NCBI GenBank assembly: GCA_965215565.1
Contig: CBDCDZ010000004.1
Coordinates: 768,001-832,000, forward strand
Direction: 5' to 3'
DNA length: 64,000 nucleotides
Source of the DNA: Trueperaceae bacterium
GTDB taxonomy: Bacteria; Deinococcota; Deinococci; Deinococcales; Trueperaceae
The notes below the pieces were generated by a model, which saw only the letters and a program-made list of their open reading frames with translations, was not told the origin of the DNA and made no database searches. The number at the start of each line of letters is the position of its first letter. Positions within the stretch are counted from its first letter, which is position 1. Positions 18,880 to 29,380 of this stretch are shown here, piece after piece. A program made the position numbers and the translations under genes.

Positions 18880-18995
18880 ATAGTTAGTATAGCTCAGAGA
18901 GGAGTGGCCTATGGTGTGTTCTTCGGTGGTTAGGTGAGTCAAATTTATTTGCGACGCGAAACTCTCAACATAGAGGAGAACTACGCTCACCTTCG

Positions 18996-19130
18996 TAGCA
19001 GTTCCAGAACATACTGAGACGGATGAGCGCAGATCTCAGTTCGAAGGACTAGCGGGATTTCATCCCAGAATGTGCGTGCTGGACGATGTTCTAAAAAGTG
19101 AGAGCGTCTCTGACCAGATGATACCTGCTA
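18996..19130 (+). repeat. TAGCAG...TGCTA element, copy C
   Basis: TAGCAGTTCCAGAACATACTGAGAC...GACCAGATGATACCTGCTA. Confidence 0.85.
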
Positions 19131-19170
19131 TCGGTTGTTTCTCAATCTCTCGGCGTAAGGAGCATAGAAC

Positions 19171-19956
19171 ATGAACGAAAAAGCTAAGCAAATTCTGACC
19201 CTCGTCGCCACCTTCTTCGGCGTGCTCGCCCCCTCCCTCACTTCGCTCACACCAAGTAGCTCGAGTACCGGCGAAATTTCAGGGCGATACTTTAGAGACG
19301 TATTCATCGTCCCCGCAGATTACGCCTTCGTCATCTGGGCACCTATCTATTTAGGTTTACTCGCTTTCGCGGTGTATCAAGCCCTACCTGCGCAGCGGCA
19401 CAACCCGCGCATTGCTAAAACGCGCCTCTGGCTAATCGTAAGTGCGCTCCTCAACACCGCTTGGATCACCGCCTTTGACAACCTCTTCTTCGCCCTCTCA
19501 CTCGTCATCATCGTAGGAATGCTCATCACCGCGCTCGTCATGCACCGCACGCTAGAGATTGGTCGAACGCAGGTATATGGGCTCGAGCGCTGGCTCCGTA
19601 TCCCTTTTAGCCTCTATGCGGGCTGGCTCACCGTCGCCACTATCGTCAACGCGGCAGGCGTGCTCGTGGTGAGGGACTGGGGCGGTCTCCCCTACTTCTA
19701 TCCGGTGTGGGGTGTCGCGACGCTGCTAGTCGCCGCTTTCATCGGTCTCTACACCCGCTTCTACTGGCGTGACCCCGTGTACGGCGGCGTTTTTGTGTGG
19801 GCACTTCTTGCTGTCGCTCTTAAAACGGATCAACCTCTTGTCATTGTCGTGACCTCGAGCGTTTTGGCGCTCCTCTTTTTGCTCTCGCTCTTTCCCGGTG
19901 CGTTTAACGTGCTCAAGGTGGGAGGTGGAGGCTCGAGGCAGACAGCCTCGCAGTAA
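19171..19956 (+). CDS. TspO/MBR-like tryptophan-rich membrane protein
   Basis: PADYAFVIWAPIY, PFSLYAGWLTVATIVN, multiple TMs. Confidence 0.65.
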   Translation: MNEKAKQILTLVATFFGVLAPSLTSLTPSSSSTGEISGRYFRDVFIVPADYAFVIWAPIYLGLLAFAVYQALPAQRHNPRIAKTRLWLIVSALLNTAWITAFDNLFFALSLVIIVGMLITALVMHRTLEIGRTQVYGLERWLRIPFSLYAGWLTVATIVNAAGVLVVRDWGGLPYFYPVWGVATLLVAAFIGLYTRFYWRDPVYGGVFVWALLAVALKTDQPLVIVVTSSVLALLFLLSLFPGAFNVLKVGGGGSRQTASQ

Positions 19957-20088
19957 CCCCTGACTTGGTAGTGGTTTTAAGTCGAATGTCGCTACAAGCT
20001 TCTTCCGCCATTTGCCCATGATGAACAAGGGGTTGCAACCCCTTGTTCATCCTCTGCGTCATTCTGAGTAAAGCCACTACCCTTGCCT

Positions 20089-20661
20089 TCATTTGGCACG
20101 CTCTCCCCGCGCCGCTAGCTCTGCCGTTCTCTCTATCCGCGCTCGCCTCGTCTCGTCGCGCTTGGCGGTTTTAACCCAGAGGAGAATCTGCTTTTTGGAA
20201 CCGTCCGAAAACGCGCTGAAATTCTCCAAAGCCAGGTCACGCTCCCGCAGCGCGTCCATGAGGTCATCGGGAATTTCCAAGTTTTCCACCGAATCTAAAA
20301 AGGTCCACGAGCCGTCCGCTTTTGCCCTATCGATCTTCGCCTGCCCCGCCGGGGTCATCTTGCCGTCCGCGATGAGGTGAACAAGGCGCGCCTTGTTCAC
20401 CTTCGACCAGACGCTGCCCGCTTTACGTGGGGTAAAAATCTGCTTGTAGCGCGCTTCGTCTACGCGGTTCACCTTGGAGTCTATCCAGCCGTAGCAAAGC
20501 GCCTCTTCCACCGCCTCGTCCCAGGTGACGCTCGGCGCGCCGCTGCCCTTCTTATAGTAGACGAGCCAGACGCCGAGGCTTACCGCGTGGTTTTCACGTA
20601 GCCATTCACGCCAGGCGGTCTGGTTGGCGGCGTAGACCTCTTCGAAGTCGTTAAGGCTCAT
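20089..20661 (-). CDS. YdeI/OmpD-associated family protein
   Basis: WREWL..NH, EEALCYGWIDS, FTPRKAGSVWSKVNK, AKRDETRRARI. Confidence 0.85.
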   Translation of the reverse strand: MSLNDFEEVYAANQTAWREWLRENHAVSLGVWLVYYKKGSGAPSVTWDEAVEEALCYGWIDSKVNRVDEARYKQIFTPRKAGSVWSKVNKARLVHLIADGKMTPAGQAKIDRAKADGSWTFLDSVENLEIPDDLMDALRERDLALENFSAFSDGSKKQILLWVKTAKRDETRRARIERTAELAARGERAK

Positions 20662-20762
20662 CCTTTCATCCTTGGATACGCACTTTAGCACGTGCGCCAC
20701 GTCTCGGAATGAGCGCGACACGCCCCTAACACCGCCCTTAGATTTGCGGTAGCATAGACCTC

Positions 20763-21932
20763 TTGCGCGTTCTCATCTTCCTCCTCCTCTCGAGCCTCGC
20801 TAGCGCCCAACCCGCTGAGCCCGTGGCTGATGCCGCCTTCCAGCCCGGTCTCTCGTTTGGTCCTGTGCTCCGCTTCGGGGCATTTGACGACTTTTCGGTG
20901 GGGCTCGAGCTGCGCGGTGTGACGGTCTATGGTGAGCGTATTACGACGACGCTCGCGGCGGGTCCCAACCCGGAGGGACAGCTCGCGAGCGCGGGCCTAC
21001 TCTACGAGCAGCCTTTTCTTGATCTCTCCTTCGGTGAGGACGCTACGCTGAGCTTTTTTGCCCGCTCGAGCTTCGCGCAGAGCTATCCTCTAGTGCTGGA
21101 CGCCGAACCGGACGCACCCGGCTCAGAGCCGGAAACGCGGCCCTTTACCGAACGCCTCAACGAGTTAGGGCTAGGGCTAGCGCAACCCTTTGGCGAGATT
21201 GAGGTGGGCGTGGAGGGGCGCGTCGTGGGTTCGGAGGCGTTTTTAGAGAGGCGCGGTGCGCCTGGAGACACCAGAGATGACGCGGGACGCGAACTGCTCC
21301 CCTCGAATTCGCTGAGCGCGGTTGTCGAGGTCAGCGCGCGCTACGAAGGTGTTGCAGAAAACACGCCCGTGCCACCTTCAGGCGGCGCGGCGTCGCTCAG
21401 CTTTGGCTACGGACTCGGACGCTCTAGCGCGCCGCTCTCGTGGGCGCAGGTCCAGTTAGGGGGGCGCGGCTATCTCACGCTAGATGACCTCTTGGGTATT
21501 CAGAGCGCAGACGGAGGGACGCCGAGCGTTACACTCGCGAGCCGAGCGAACGCGGGCGCGAACTTAGGGCGAGCCCCCGCGTGGCGACGCCTCGCTCCGA
21601 CGCTGCGCGGCTACGACGCCTTCGACCTCGTCGGTCAGCGCTACGTTGACCTCTCGCTCGACTTGCGCCTCTACACAGGCTTAGACGCGGCGCTAGGCGG
21701 ACCCTCGTATCTGCGCGGCGTGACCCCGTATGGCTTCGTGGACGTGGGCAACGCTTGGGGCGACGAAAGTGCGAGCTACCGCGCGCCCGGCATAGGCGAG
21801 GGGGTACGGATTGGCTTCGGGGCAGGTTTGCAACTCGATTTAGAGACCCAGTACTTCAGGCTGCCGCTCAACCTCTGGTACGCGCGCGGAGCGAGGGGCA
21901 AGGTGGGGTTCGCGCTCGAGTACCCTTATTAG
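20763..21932 (+). CDS. Omp85/TamA-like outer-membrane beta-barrel, apparently without POTRA domains
   Basis: Signal peptide, alternating beta-strands, LRGY lid-loop motif, FVDVGNAW, GFGAGLQL, aromatic C-terminus. Confidence 0.65.
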   Translation: MRVLIFLLLSSLASAQPAEPVADAAFQPGLSFGPVLRFGAFDDFSVGLELRGVTVYGERITTTLAAGPNPEGQLASAGLLYEQPFLDLSFGEDATLSFFARSSFAQSYPLVLDAEPDAPGSEPETRPFTERLNELGLGLAQPFGEIEVGVEGRVVGSEAFLERRGAPGDTRDDAGRELLPSNSLSAVVEVSARYEGVAENTPVPPSGGAASLSFGYGLGRSSAPLSWAQVQLGGRGYLTLDDLLGIQSADGGTPSVTLASRANAGANLGRAPAWRRLAPTLRGYDAFDLVGQRYVDLSLDLRLYTGLDAALGGPSYLRGVTPYGFVDVGNAWGDESASYRAPGIGEGVRIGFGAGLQLDLETQYFRLPLNLWYARGARGKVGFALEYPY

Positions 21933-21992
21933 CGCCCTAGTTTAAGCACGCCGCCACACCTTTTAGGCGAGCGTATAGGGGTACACTTTAGC

Positions 21993-23531
21993 GTGCCAGA
22001 CTACGACGTGATCACCATTGGCGCGGGACATAACGCGCTCATCTCGAGCGCCTACCTCGCGCAAGCGGGCTACAAAGTGGGCGTGTTCGAGCGGCGCGAT
22101 ATCGTCGGCGGCGCGGTCTCGACTAAGGAGATGGTCCCCGGCTACAAGTTCGACTTGGGCGGCAGCGCGCACATCCTCATCCGCCTGACGCCTATCGTCG
22201 AGGAGTTGGGGCTTGAAAAGTACGGGCTCGAGTACATCGACATCGACCCGCTCTTCTTCGCGCCCTACCCGGACGGCGACAGCGTCTTTTTCTACCGCAG
22301 CGAAGAGAAAACGATTGAGCATCTCGAGCAGAAGTTTCCCGGCGAGGGCGAAGCGTATAAGCGCTTCATGGACGAGTGGCGTCCCTTCTCGCAGGTGGTT
22401 AAAGACCTCTTCCTGAGCACGCCGAGTCCCTTCAACCTGGGCAAAAAGATGATGTTCGGCAAAGCCATCCAGGGCGACTGGAAAGACGCTTTGCCAAAAA
22501 TTTTGAAGCCGTATGGCGACATCGTGGACGACTACTTTTCTGAAGAGAAGGTCAAGACGCCCCTGGTGTGGATGGCAGCGCAGTCGGGTCCGCCACCCTC
22601 CGAGCCGATGACCTCGCCCTTTTTACTGTGGCATCCCTTGTACCACGAAGGGGGCATGGCGCGTCCCAAGGGCGGCTCGGGGATGCTCACACAGGCGCTC
22701 AAGAACCACATCGAGGCGCACGGCGGCGAAGTCTTTACGAATGCGCCCGTCGAGGAGATTTTAGTCGAAGGGAAGCGGGCAGTGGGCGTCAAGGTAGACG
22801 GACAGACCTACACCGCCCGCACCGTGATGGCGGGCGCACACGCGCTAGAGACGTTCGGCAAGCTCCTGCCCGAAGAACACCGCCCTAAAGGTGCTAAGAA
22901 TATGCGCGTCGGCAACGGCTTCGGGGCGATCTTACGCCTCGCGCTCGATAAGCCCATCCGCTATCCCGCCCACCCCGGCAACGAGGCGCGACGGGCGCTG
23001 CAACTCGTCTGCCGCGACCGCAAACAGCTCTCCGCCGCCTACGGCGACTACCTGGCAGGGCGTCCCGCCACGGACCCGCCCATCGTCGCCATGAGTTTCA
23101 GCGCGGTGGACGACACGCTCGCGCCGCCCGGCGGCGAGGTCTTGTGGCTGTGGGCGCAGTACTTCCCCTACGAACTCGCGAACGGCGCAACTTGGGACGA
23201 GGTGCAAGAAGAGGTGGCGGAGCGCATTTTAGATACCTTCGAGTGTTACGCGCCAGGCACCAAAGAGAGCGTCGTCGGCGGGCTCTTTCAGCACCCGGAG
23301 TGGCTGGAGCGCAACTTAGGGCTCTACCGGGGCAACGTCATGCACTTAGAGATGAGCCTAGACCAGATGTTCGCGTTGCGCCCCTTTTTAGGCATGGCGG
23401 AATACAAGACGCACCTCAAGGGGCTCTATTTGACGGGCGCGAGCACGCATCCGGGCGGCGGCATCATGGGCGCGTCGGGGCGCAACGCGGCGCGGGTGCT
23501 CCTCAAAGATTTGGACAGGCGCAGAGTTTAA
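21993..23531 (+). CDS. crtO: CrtO-type carotenoid ketolase (phytoene-dehydrogenase superfamily)
   Basis: [29 protein letters not shown] as in the Deinococcus CrtO I recall, [24 protein letters not shown]. Confidence 0.75.
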   Translation: MPDYDVITIGAGHNALISSAYLAQAGYKVGVFERRDIVGGAVSTKEMVPGYKFDLGGSAHILIRLTPIVEELGLEKYGLEYIDIDPLFFAPYPDGDSVFFYRSEEKTIEHLEQKFPGEGEAYKRFMDEWRPFSQVVKDLFLSTPSPFNLGKKMMFGKAIQGDWKDALPKILKPYGDIVDDYFSEEKVKTPLVWMAAQSGPPPSEPMTSPFLLWHPLYHEGGMARPKGGSGMLTQALKNHIEAHGGEVFTNAPVEEILVEGKRAVGVKVDGQTYTARTVMAGAHALETFGKLLPEEHRPKGAKNMRVGNGFGAILRLALDKPIRYPAHPGNEARRALQLVCRDRKQLSAAYGDYLAGRPATDPPIVAMSFSAVDDTLAPPGGEVLWLWAQYFPYELANGATWDEVQEEVAERILDTFECYAPGTKESVVGGLFQHPEWLERNLGLYRGNVMHLEMSLDQMFALRPFLGMAEYKTHLKGLYLTGASTHPGGGIMGASGRNAARVLLKDLDRRRV

Positions 23532-23582
23532 TTTTATGGTTTTTAGCATACAAGGGGCGCGCGCTTTTTGTATGCTAACTTC

Positions 23583-24089
23583 ATGATTCGAACCGCTATC
23601 TTGACCTCGAGCGACAAGGGCGCGAAGGGCGAACGCGCCGACACCTCCGCCCTGGAAATTCGCAAGCTCTTAGCCACCGGCCCCTTCACCGAGGTAGACT
23701 ACCAGGTCGTCCCCGATGAGCAAGCCGTGATCCGCTCTAAACTGCGCGTCTGGTCAGAGTCGGACGCGGTCGACCTCATTTTGACCACGGGCGGCACGGG
23801 CTTAGCGCTCCGCGACCGAACACCGGACGCGACGTTGGAGGTCATCGAGCGCAGCGTGCCGGGCTTACCCGAGCTGATGCGCCTCACCGGGATGCAGCAA
23901 AACCGCAAGGCGGCGCTCTCGAGGGGCGTCGCAGGTGTACGCCGCCAGACCTTGATCGTCAACCTGCCGGGCAGCCCGAAAGGGGCGCAAGAATCATTAG
24001 AAGCGATCATCGACATCTTGCCGCACGCCGTCGACCTCATTAAAGGCAATAAGCGCAGCGAGCTGAGCGCGCCGCAGGATTGGCATTAA
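23583..24089 (+). CDS. MogA/MoaB molybdopterin adenylyltransferase
   Basis: ILTTGGTG...RDRTPDAT, ALSRGVAGVR, LIVNLPGSPKG. Confidence 0.9.
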   Translation: MIRTAILTSSDKGAKGERADTSALEIRKLLATGPFTEVDYQVVPDEQAVIRSKLRVWSESDAVDLILTTGGTGLALRDRTPDATLEVIERSVPGLPELMRLTGMQQNRKAALSRGVAGVRRQTLIVNLPGSPKGAQESLEAIIDILPHAVDLIKGNKRSELSAPQDWH

Positions 24090-24090
24090 G

Positions 24091-24189
24091 GAGCAATGAG
24101 TTAAAAGCAACCCAGTCGAGCTGGGCGAACGGTGAGCAACGAGTCTGAAGGTTGTCAACTTTCAACTCATTGCTCGTTGCTCATTGCTC
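24091..24189. repeat. Inverted GAGCAAT heptamer array, copy 2
   Basis: GAGCAAT units, an embedded CCAGTCGAGCTGG hairpin (24112-24124), then ATTGCTC units. Confidence 0.75.
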
Positions 24190-24257
24190 TCTAAAAAGAT
24201 TCTCCGCTCTACCTCTCCTAGTAGACACCCGGCCGCTGCATCTGCCATGCTGGGCGC

Positions 24258-24740
24258 ATGGACATCCTCGCAGCGGTCATCTTTATCCTCTTCTATCTTG
24301 TGAGCATCGTAGGTATCATTCTGCCGGTTGTACCGGGGATTCCGCTCGCGGCGCTCGGCGCGCTCCTGGCGGGCTGGATGACGGGGTTCGAGCAAATTAC
24401 GGTCTCCGCTGTCGTCATCGTCACTGCGTTCGCTGTGCTCGCGCAAATCATCGAGTACGTCGCGGGCGTGGTTGGGGCGCGGCGCTACGGGGCGAGTCAA
24501 GCGGGGGTGTGGGGCAGCGTCATCGGCTCGGTGGTGGGCATCTTCTTCTTTCCGCCTTTCGGCTTCTTGATCGGCGCGGTGGTGGGCGCGGTCGGCGCGG
24601 AACTTCTCTATAAGCGGACCTTCAAGGAGGCGCTTCGCTCGGGCTTGGGCGCATTTGTAGGTACGCTCGGCGGCGTGTTCGCCAAAATATTCATCGTCAT
24701 CGCGATTGGCATCACGGTATTTCCCAGATTTTTCTCGTGA
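24258..24740 (+). CDS. DUF456-family membrane protein
   Basis: GIILPVVPGIPL, GARRYGAS..GVWGSVIG, GAVGAEL. Confidence 0.85.
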   Translation: MDILAAVIFILFYLVSIVGIILPVVPGIPLAALGALLAGWMTGFEQITVSAVVIVTAFAVLAQIIEYVAGVVGARRYGASQAGVWGSVIGSVVGIFFFPPFGFLIGAVVGAVGAELLYKRTFKEALRSGLGAFVGTLGGVFAKIFIVIAIGITVFPRFFS

Positions 24741-24885
24741 ACGGCGCTGTTTGTGCGTTTGTCAGAATTTTGTCAGACCCCTTGTCCTAAAGTACGTTCA
24801 GGCAGGGCGACACCGTGAACCATCGTCCATCACACCGTACATCACCTAAGCCCTGCCTCTCCTCTCTCCCCCCTACTCCCCTGTC

Positions 24886-25072
24886 ATACGGAATCCGTAT
24901 CTTTATTCCTACTCGCAGGAGAGTCCTCAACCGGGCGTATCATGCCGTTATCAACACGCTGCGTTTATGACCAGATGCGTCGCGCGTGGACCGCTCCCAC
25001 TAGACCTGCTGCTAAAGGCTCTTTTCCGCTCGGATTGATTCGCTAACATAGCGAATCAATCGGAATCCGTAT
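24886..25072. repeat. ATACGG...CGGAATCCGTAT family repeat, second copy
   Basis: CATACGGAATCCGTAT...GAGAGTCCTCAACCGGGCGTATCATGCCGTTAT...ATCGGAATCCGTATG shares blocks with 1153-1537. Confidence 0.7.
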
Positions 25073-25168
25073 GAGTAGGGCTTTTCTTTTGCCTCCTCTG
25101 CTCTTTAGCTTCCACTACAGAAGCCTCCACTACAGAGGGAAGTAGGCGGCGTCTCCTATTCTTTTAGG

Positions 25169-25411
25169 ATGACCAAGTCCCCTACGTCAGACATGTCTGA
25201 GCAAATAGAATCCGAAAGAGCTTCGCAAGAGGAGTTCGAGCGTGAGGTCAAGCGGATGCAGAGCCTCATCGCGCAGGTTCAGCTTCGCGCGTCACAACTC
25301 AAGGAAGTCGAAGGTGTGCCCGGCGAAGCCGCCAAGAAGGTAGAAGAGGTCGAGGAGCTTTTAGAGCAAGCGGAGGAACTGTTGGAGGAGGCAGAAGAAC
25401 TTCAGAAGTAA
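25169..25411 (+). CDS. Small acidic coiled-coil hypothetical protein
   Basis: 80-aa E/Q-rich helical ORF with host-like codon use. The start could be the second Met. Confidence 0.55.
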   Translation: MTKSPTSDMSEQIESERASQEEFEREVKRMQSLIAQVQLRASQLKEVEGVPGEAAKKVEEVEELLEQAEELLEEAEELQK

Positions 25412-25857
25412 TCACCGGAATCTATATGGCGATGTGGCTCACAAGTTGCTCTCTCCCTCCACAACAGACTGATCGAGAGGTGTTTCTCGAGCCTTTGCAC
25501 CCATCTTTTTGACCTTTTGTCCTAACACAACGCTTCGCGGTGCAACGTGAGCTATTCCTCTTTGGTATGGTTCTCGCAAGGCTTTGCTGGGTGGCATCGC
25601 CTTCAGAACCCCGGCTTGACCGGGGTCTTTTGGTGTAAGAATCGCGTAATAATACGAGGTTGCACGGCATAGTTTGCAAAACTATGCCGTACCCATCTGT
25701 GATGGTAAGCTCTAACGCCCTTGGCAAGAGTAAGTAAACCGTGCAATTCCGTATAAGTACTTCGGCCTCAATAATCTAAACTATCTCGAGGAAGTTTTTG
25801 CGCTTAAAATGAACTTCGTTGACATTCTCTAATTTAGATTATTTCAATGCACCTACT

Positions 25858-26117
25858 TAGCAGTTCCAAAATATACTGAGACAGAGTGCCGCTTTCTAAA
25901 AGCCCGCAGGGACGAAGTTTTGCCTTTCGCCTTGTCGCTTCGCTGTCGCACACGCTCCCACTAGCCACTAGGCGAAAATTTCATAACCGGCAAGGGTATC
26001 ATCTCCGAAAGTGGGTGCTCATCAATGTTCTCTACAATGAAAGTGTTTCAGACCAGATGAAGTCGCGTGGTCCCGCCCTCACGCATGGCGCGTTCCCGCT
26101 AGCCGCTAGACCTGCTA
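25858..26117 (+). repeat. TAGCAG...TGCTA element, copy D (expanded by internal modules)
   Basis: TAGCAGTTCCAAAATATACTGAGAC...AAAGCCCGCAGGGACG...GACCAGATGA[module]ACCTGCTA. Confidence 0.8.
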
Positions 26118-26151
26118 TAGGAATAAGGTGAGCGCTTCTCGGCTCAACAGA

Positions 26152-26880
26152 TTAGGTGCTGAGTGACGCCACTCGCGCCTCGAGTTGTTCCTCATCCGTA
26201 AGGTCTAGGCGCAAGGGCGTCAGCGATACGAAGCCCTGCTCGAACGCCCAGCGGTCTGTGCCCTCTTCGGCTCCGGTGAGCGGCTTGGCGGCGAACCAAA
26301 AGTGCTCGCGCCCCATCGGATCTTTTCCCGGCACGACGTCGCCTTCGTAGTGCCGCACCGATTGGCGCGTCCAGCGTAGACCACGCGGCGAGGTGGGCAA
26401 GTTGACATTCACGAGGCTGAGTGAATCGTCAGCGAGAAACAGCTTCAACACCTCCGCGACATAGGGTTTGAGTGCGTCATAGTCGGGTGCTGCGCCGTCA
26501 AATGGGGCGCTGAACGCGATCGACGGGATGTTCAGAAAAGCCGCTTGCTTAGCCGCCGCCACCGTTCCCGAATGCCAAACGCTGTTGCCCAGATTCGTCC
26601 CCAAGTTAATACCCGAGAGCACCAAATCCACAGTGTCCCACCCGTACACGCCCAAGGCGACACAATCCGCCGGCGTGCCGTCGACACGGTAGCCCTCGAA
26701 AGGACCGATAGGTGTCGTTTGATAGTGCAGTGGACGCAAGATGGTGATGGCGTGACCCACTCCTGACTGCTCGGCGGCGGGCGCGACGATGCGCACGTCG
26801 CCGAAGTCGGCGGCGACGTCAGCGAGCGCGCGGATGCCGGGGCTATAGATGCCGTCGTCGTTAGAAACGAGAATGCGCAT
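26152..26880 (-). CDS. surE: 5'/3'-nucleotidase SurE
   Basis: MRILVSNDDG, EQSG, VDGTPADCV, SGINLGTN, SGTVAAA. Confidence 0.95.
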   Translation of the reverse strand: MRILVSNDDGIYSPGIRALADVAADFGDVRIVAPAAEQSGVGHAITILRPLHYQTTPIGPFEGYRVDGTPADCVALGVYGWDTVDLVLSGINLGTNLGNSVWHSGTVAAAKQAAFLNIPSIAFSAPFDGAAPDYDALKPYVAEVLKLFLADDSLSLVNVNLPTSPRGLRWTRQSVRHYEGDVVPGKDPMGREHFWFAAKPLTGAEEGTDRWAFEQGFVSLTPLRLDLTDEEQLEARVASLST

Positions 26881-27060
26881 GGGGCAGTATAACGTAGACG
26901 TTTCGGTAGGGCTAAGGGCGTTTCTGCGCGGTACAGTTTTCTGTGCAGTGCAGTTTGGGAACGCGGCGGTGAAGAGGATGAGGTGGGGTTAGGCACCTCA
27001 TCCCTGAGCTATCCAACCGCACCTACAACAAAACCTCCCGCTATCGACACTAGTACTATC

Positions 27061-27603
27061 TTACTGCGACGTTTCGGGGTCTCGGTTCTCCGTTGTGCGC
27101 TTGTCTAGCCTGCGCCGCAAGATGCTGATCGACCACGCACAGACCGCGATGGTAAAGGTGAGAATACCTAACTCGCCTAGAAACACGATAGGAAGCTCTT
27201 CGCCTGAGCTTATGTATTCAGCGCTCTCCGCGCTGATGACCAGAAGCCTGCGCACGCTCGCGATGATGCCAACCACTAAAAACGGGACCGGGTTAAAGAC
27301 GCCGTCGCTCAAAAACGAGCTGACTGTCCCGATGATCTCGGCGATCATCAAAGCCAAGAGGATGTCCGACAACACGGTGGTGAGCGAATACTCGGCGCTG
27401 CCCGTGACGCCGTGCCAGAGTTCCACGCCGCTCTTCCACAAGATGAGCGCCGACGCGACGATGAGCATCGCGACGACCGCCATGACGATAACGCGCTCAG
27501 CGAACTCGTTCGCCTGAATGAGCCGCCGCGTGCCGCCGCTGCGCTCTTTCTCTTTGCGCAGCGACTTTCCTACGTTTGTGCGGTTGTCGGAAGTGTCAGC
27601 CAT
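27061..27603 (-). CDS. PsiE-family membrane protein
   Basis: Four TMs, LLALMIAEI, PFLVVGIIASVRRLL. Confidence 0.7.
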   Translation of the reverse strand: MADTSDNRTNVGKSLRKEKERSGGTRRLIQANEFAERVIVMAVVAMLIVASALILWKSGVELWHGVTGSAEYSLTTVLSDILLALMIAEIIGTVSSFLSDGVFNPVPFLVVGIIASVRRLLVISAESAEYISSGEELPIVFLGELGILTFTIAVCAWSISILRRRLDKRTTENRDPETSQ

Positions 27604-27726
27604 GAGCTAAGCGTAGCGGAAACGGCGCGACCAAACTGCAAGAGAAGGTGACATTGAACACATCAGCCTAAACGCGCCTTTCGAAACCTCTCTCAAGAAC
27701 CATCACGTCTCGTCCCGCCGCGAAGC

Positions 27727-28470
27727 TCAACCTCCCAGCAGAACCTGAAACACGGTCATCGCGGCGACGGCTACCGTGACGACGATGCCCACGTGGTTCC
27801 CCGGCGCGTTCTCTAAAGATTCGGGCAGAAGTTCAGAAAACGCCATCCAGATCATCGCACCTGCGGCTAAGCCTAAACCAACCGGCAAGAAGGGCTCGAA
27901 CACCTCGACGAAGAGGTACGCTGGGACCGCCAAGAGGGGTTGGGGAAGGCTCGAGACGACACTCCAGAACGCCGCGCGCCGCGCCGAGACCCCTTCGGGC
28001 ACGAGCACGAGCGAGATTGCCAGACCTTCGGGCACGTTGTGCAAGGCTATTGCCGCCGTGATAAAGACGCCGAACGCCTGCCCGCCGCCAAACGACACGC
28101 CGACGCCGATGCCCTCGGCGAAGGAGTGCAGCGTCATTACCCCTACGATGAGGAGCGAGCGCAACGCGCCCGCGCCGTGTAACTCGCCGATATTCGGCTC
28201 GCCGCCGCGCCTTTCTAGTAGCCAGCGCGTCACGACGATAAAGGCGAGCCCCAAGAGGATGCCAAGCACCACGCGGGGCATCCCGTAGGCGAGACCCTCG
28301 TAGATGAGGTTAAAGCTCGCCGCGAGCATGAGCCCGGCTGCGCCCGCGTTGGCGAGCCCTAGCGTCCTTTTGGATACCTCTTTGACAAAGAAGAAGGGGA
28401 GCGCACCTAGCCCCGTCGCAACTGCTGTAAGTGAGGCGTAGAAAAAGACCGTCCAGACCGAAATGTCCAT
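27727..28470 (-). CDS. ZIP-family divalent metal transporter
   Basis: ATGLGALP, TLHSFAEGIGVG, ALHNVPEGLA, ELLPE. ATG 28470 with GGAG RBS. Confidence 0.9.
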   Translation of the reverse strand: MDISVWTVFFYASLTAVATGLGALPFFFVKEVSKRTLGLANAGAAGLMLAASFNLIYEGLAYGMPRVVLGILLGLAFIVVTRWLLERRGGEPNIGELHGAGALRSLLIVGVMTLHSFAEGIGVGVSFGGGQAFGVFITAAIALHNVPEGLAISLVLVPEGVSARRAAFWSVVSSLPQPLLAVPAYLFVEVFEPFLPVGLGLAAGAMIWMAFSELLPESLENAPGNHVGIVVTVAVAAMTVFQVLLGG

Positions 28471-28819
28471 ACAACTCCTCGCGTCCGACCTCTTCAGCTC
28501 GAGCCCCAAGCCACACCGAGTCAACGCTTCAAGCCCGACGAACCCGACGAAGAGGTCAACGTCACAACTATAAGTCGGAACCATTATGATTTCAATTTGC
28601 ATTAAAGCGATGGGAATACTCAGGATTGAGAGGAGCAGAAGCAAGGAGCAAGAAGTGAGACTTAGGAAAGGCTAAGTCCTGCTCTCTACTTTAGGGTAAG
28701 CACACCGCCACATTGTCGACGAGGTCTTGACGCCTAGTTTTCTATGTCGCTCCGTTTACGAAGTCGGACACTCCTCGCTTCCCACTTCCAGTAGCACCTG
28801 TGCTACACTGCTCTCACAC

Positions 28820-29329
28820 ATGTTGCATCTGGAGGAAAAGCAAGTTTACGTCGTGATGGGCGTCTCCGGCTCCGGCAAATCAGCCGTCGGCGCGCGCTTA
28901 GCTGAGCGCTTGGGCTGGCGCTTCCTCGACGCTGACGACTTTCATCCCGAGGCGAACGTCGACAAGATGTCGCGCGGCGAACCCTTGGATGACGCCGACC
29001 GCGCGCCCTGGCTGACGCGGCTGCGCGAGCTTATCGAAACGCATCTGGAGGAGGACGCGCCGCTCATTCTCGCCTGCTCCGCGCTTAAAGAGCGCTACCG
29101 GGAGCGGCTGCGCTTCGACAGGCGCGTGGGGTTCATCTATCTGGAGGGAGACTTTGATCTCATTCAGGAGCGGATGAACTCGAGAGGCGATCACTTCATG
29201 AAAACGGAGATGTTGGAGAGTCAGTTCGAAGCCCTAGAGGAACCCGACCCCGGCGACGCGGTGCGCGTGGATGTTTCGCCCTCTTTAGAAGAGGTCGTGG
29301 AGAACGTGGCCTCGAGGTTGAGAGGTTAA
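28820..29329 (+). CDS. gntK: Gluconokinase (GntK/IdnK type)
   Basis: VMGVSGSGKS, DADDFHPEANV.KM, ACSALK, HFM...LESQF..LEEP. Confidence 0.9.
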   Translation: MLHLEEKQVYVVMGVSGSGKSAVGARLAERLGWRFLDADDFHPEANVDKMSRGEPLDDADRAPWLTRLRELIETHLEEDAPLILACSALKERYRERLRFDRRVGFIYLEGDFDLIQERMNSRGDHFMKTEMLESQFEALEEPDPGDAVRVDVSPSLEEVVENVASRLRG

Positions 29330-29380
29330 GGGGGCCTTTAAGTTAAGCTCACGCACAGCTTCAACTATCAGAAACTTCAC

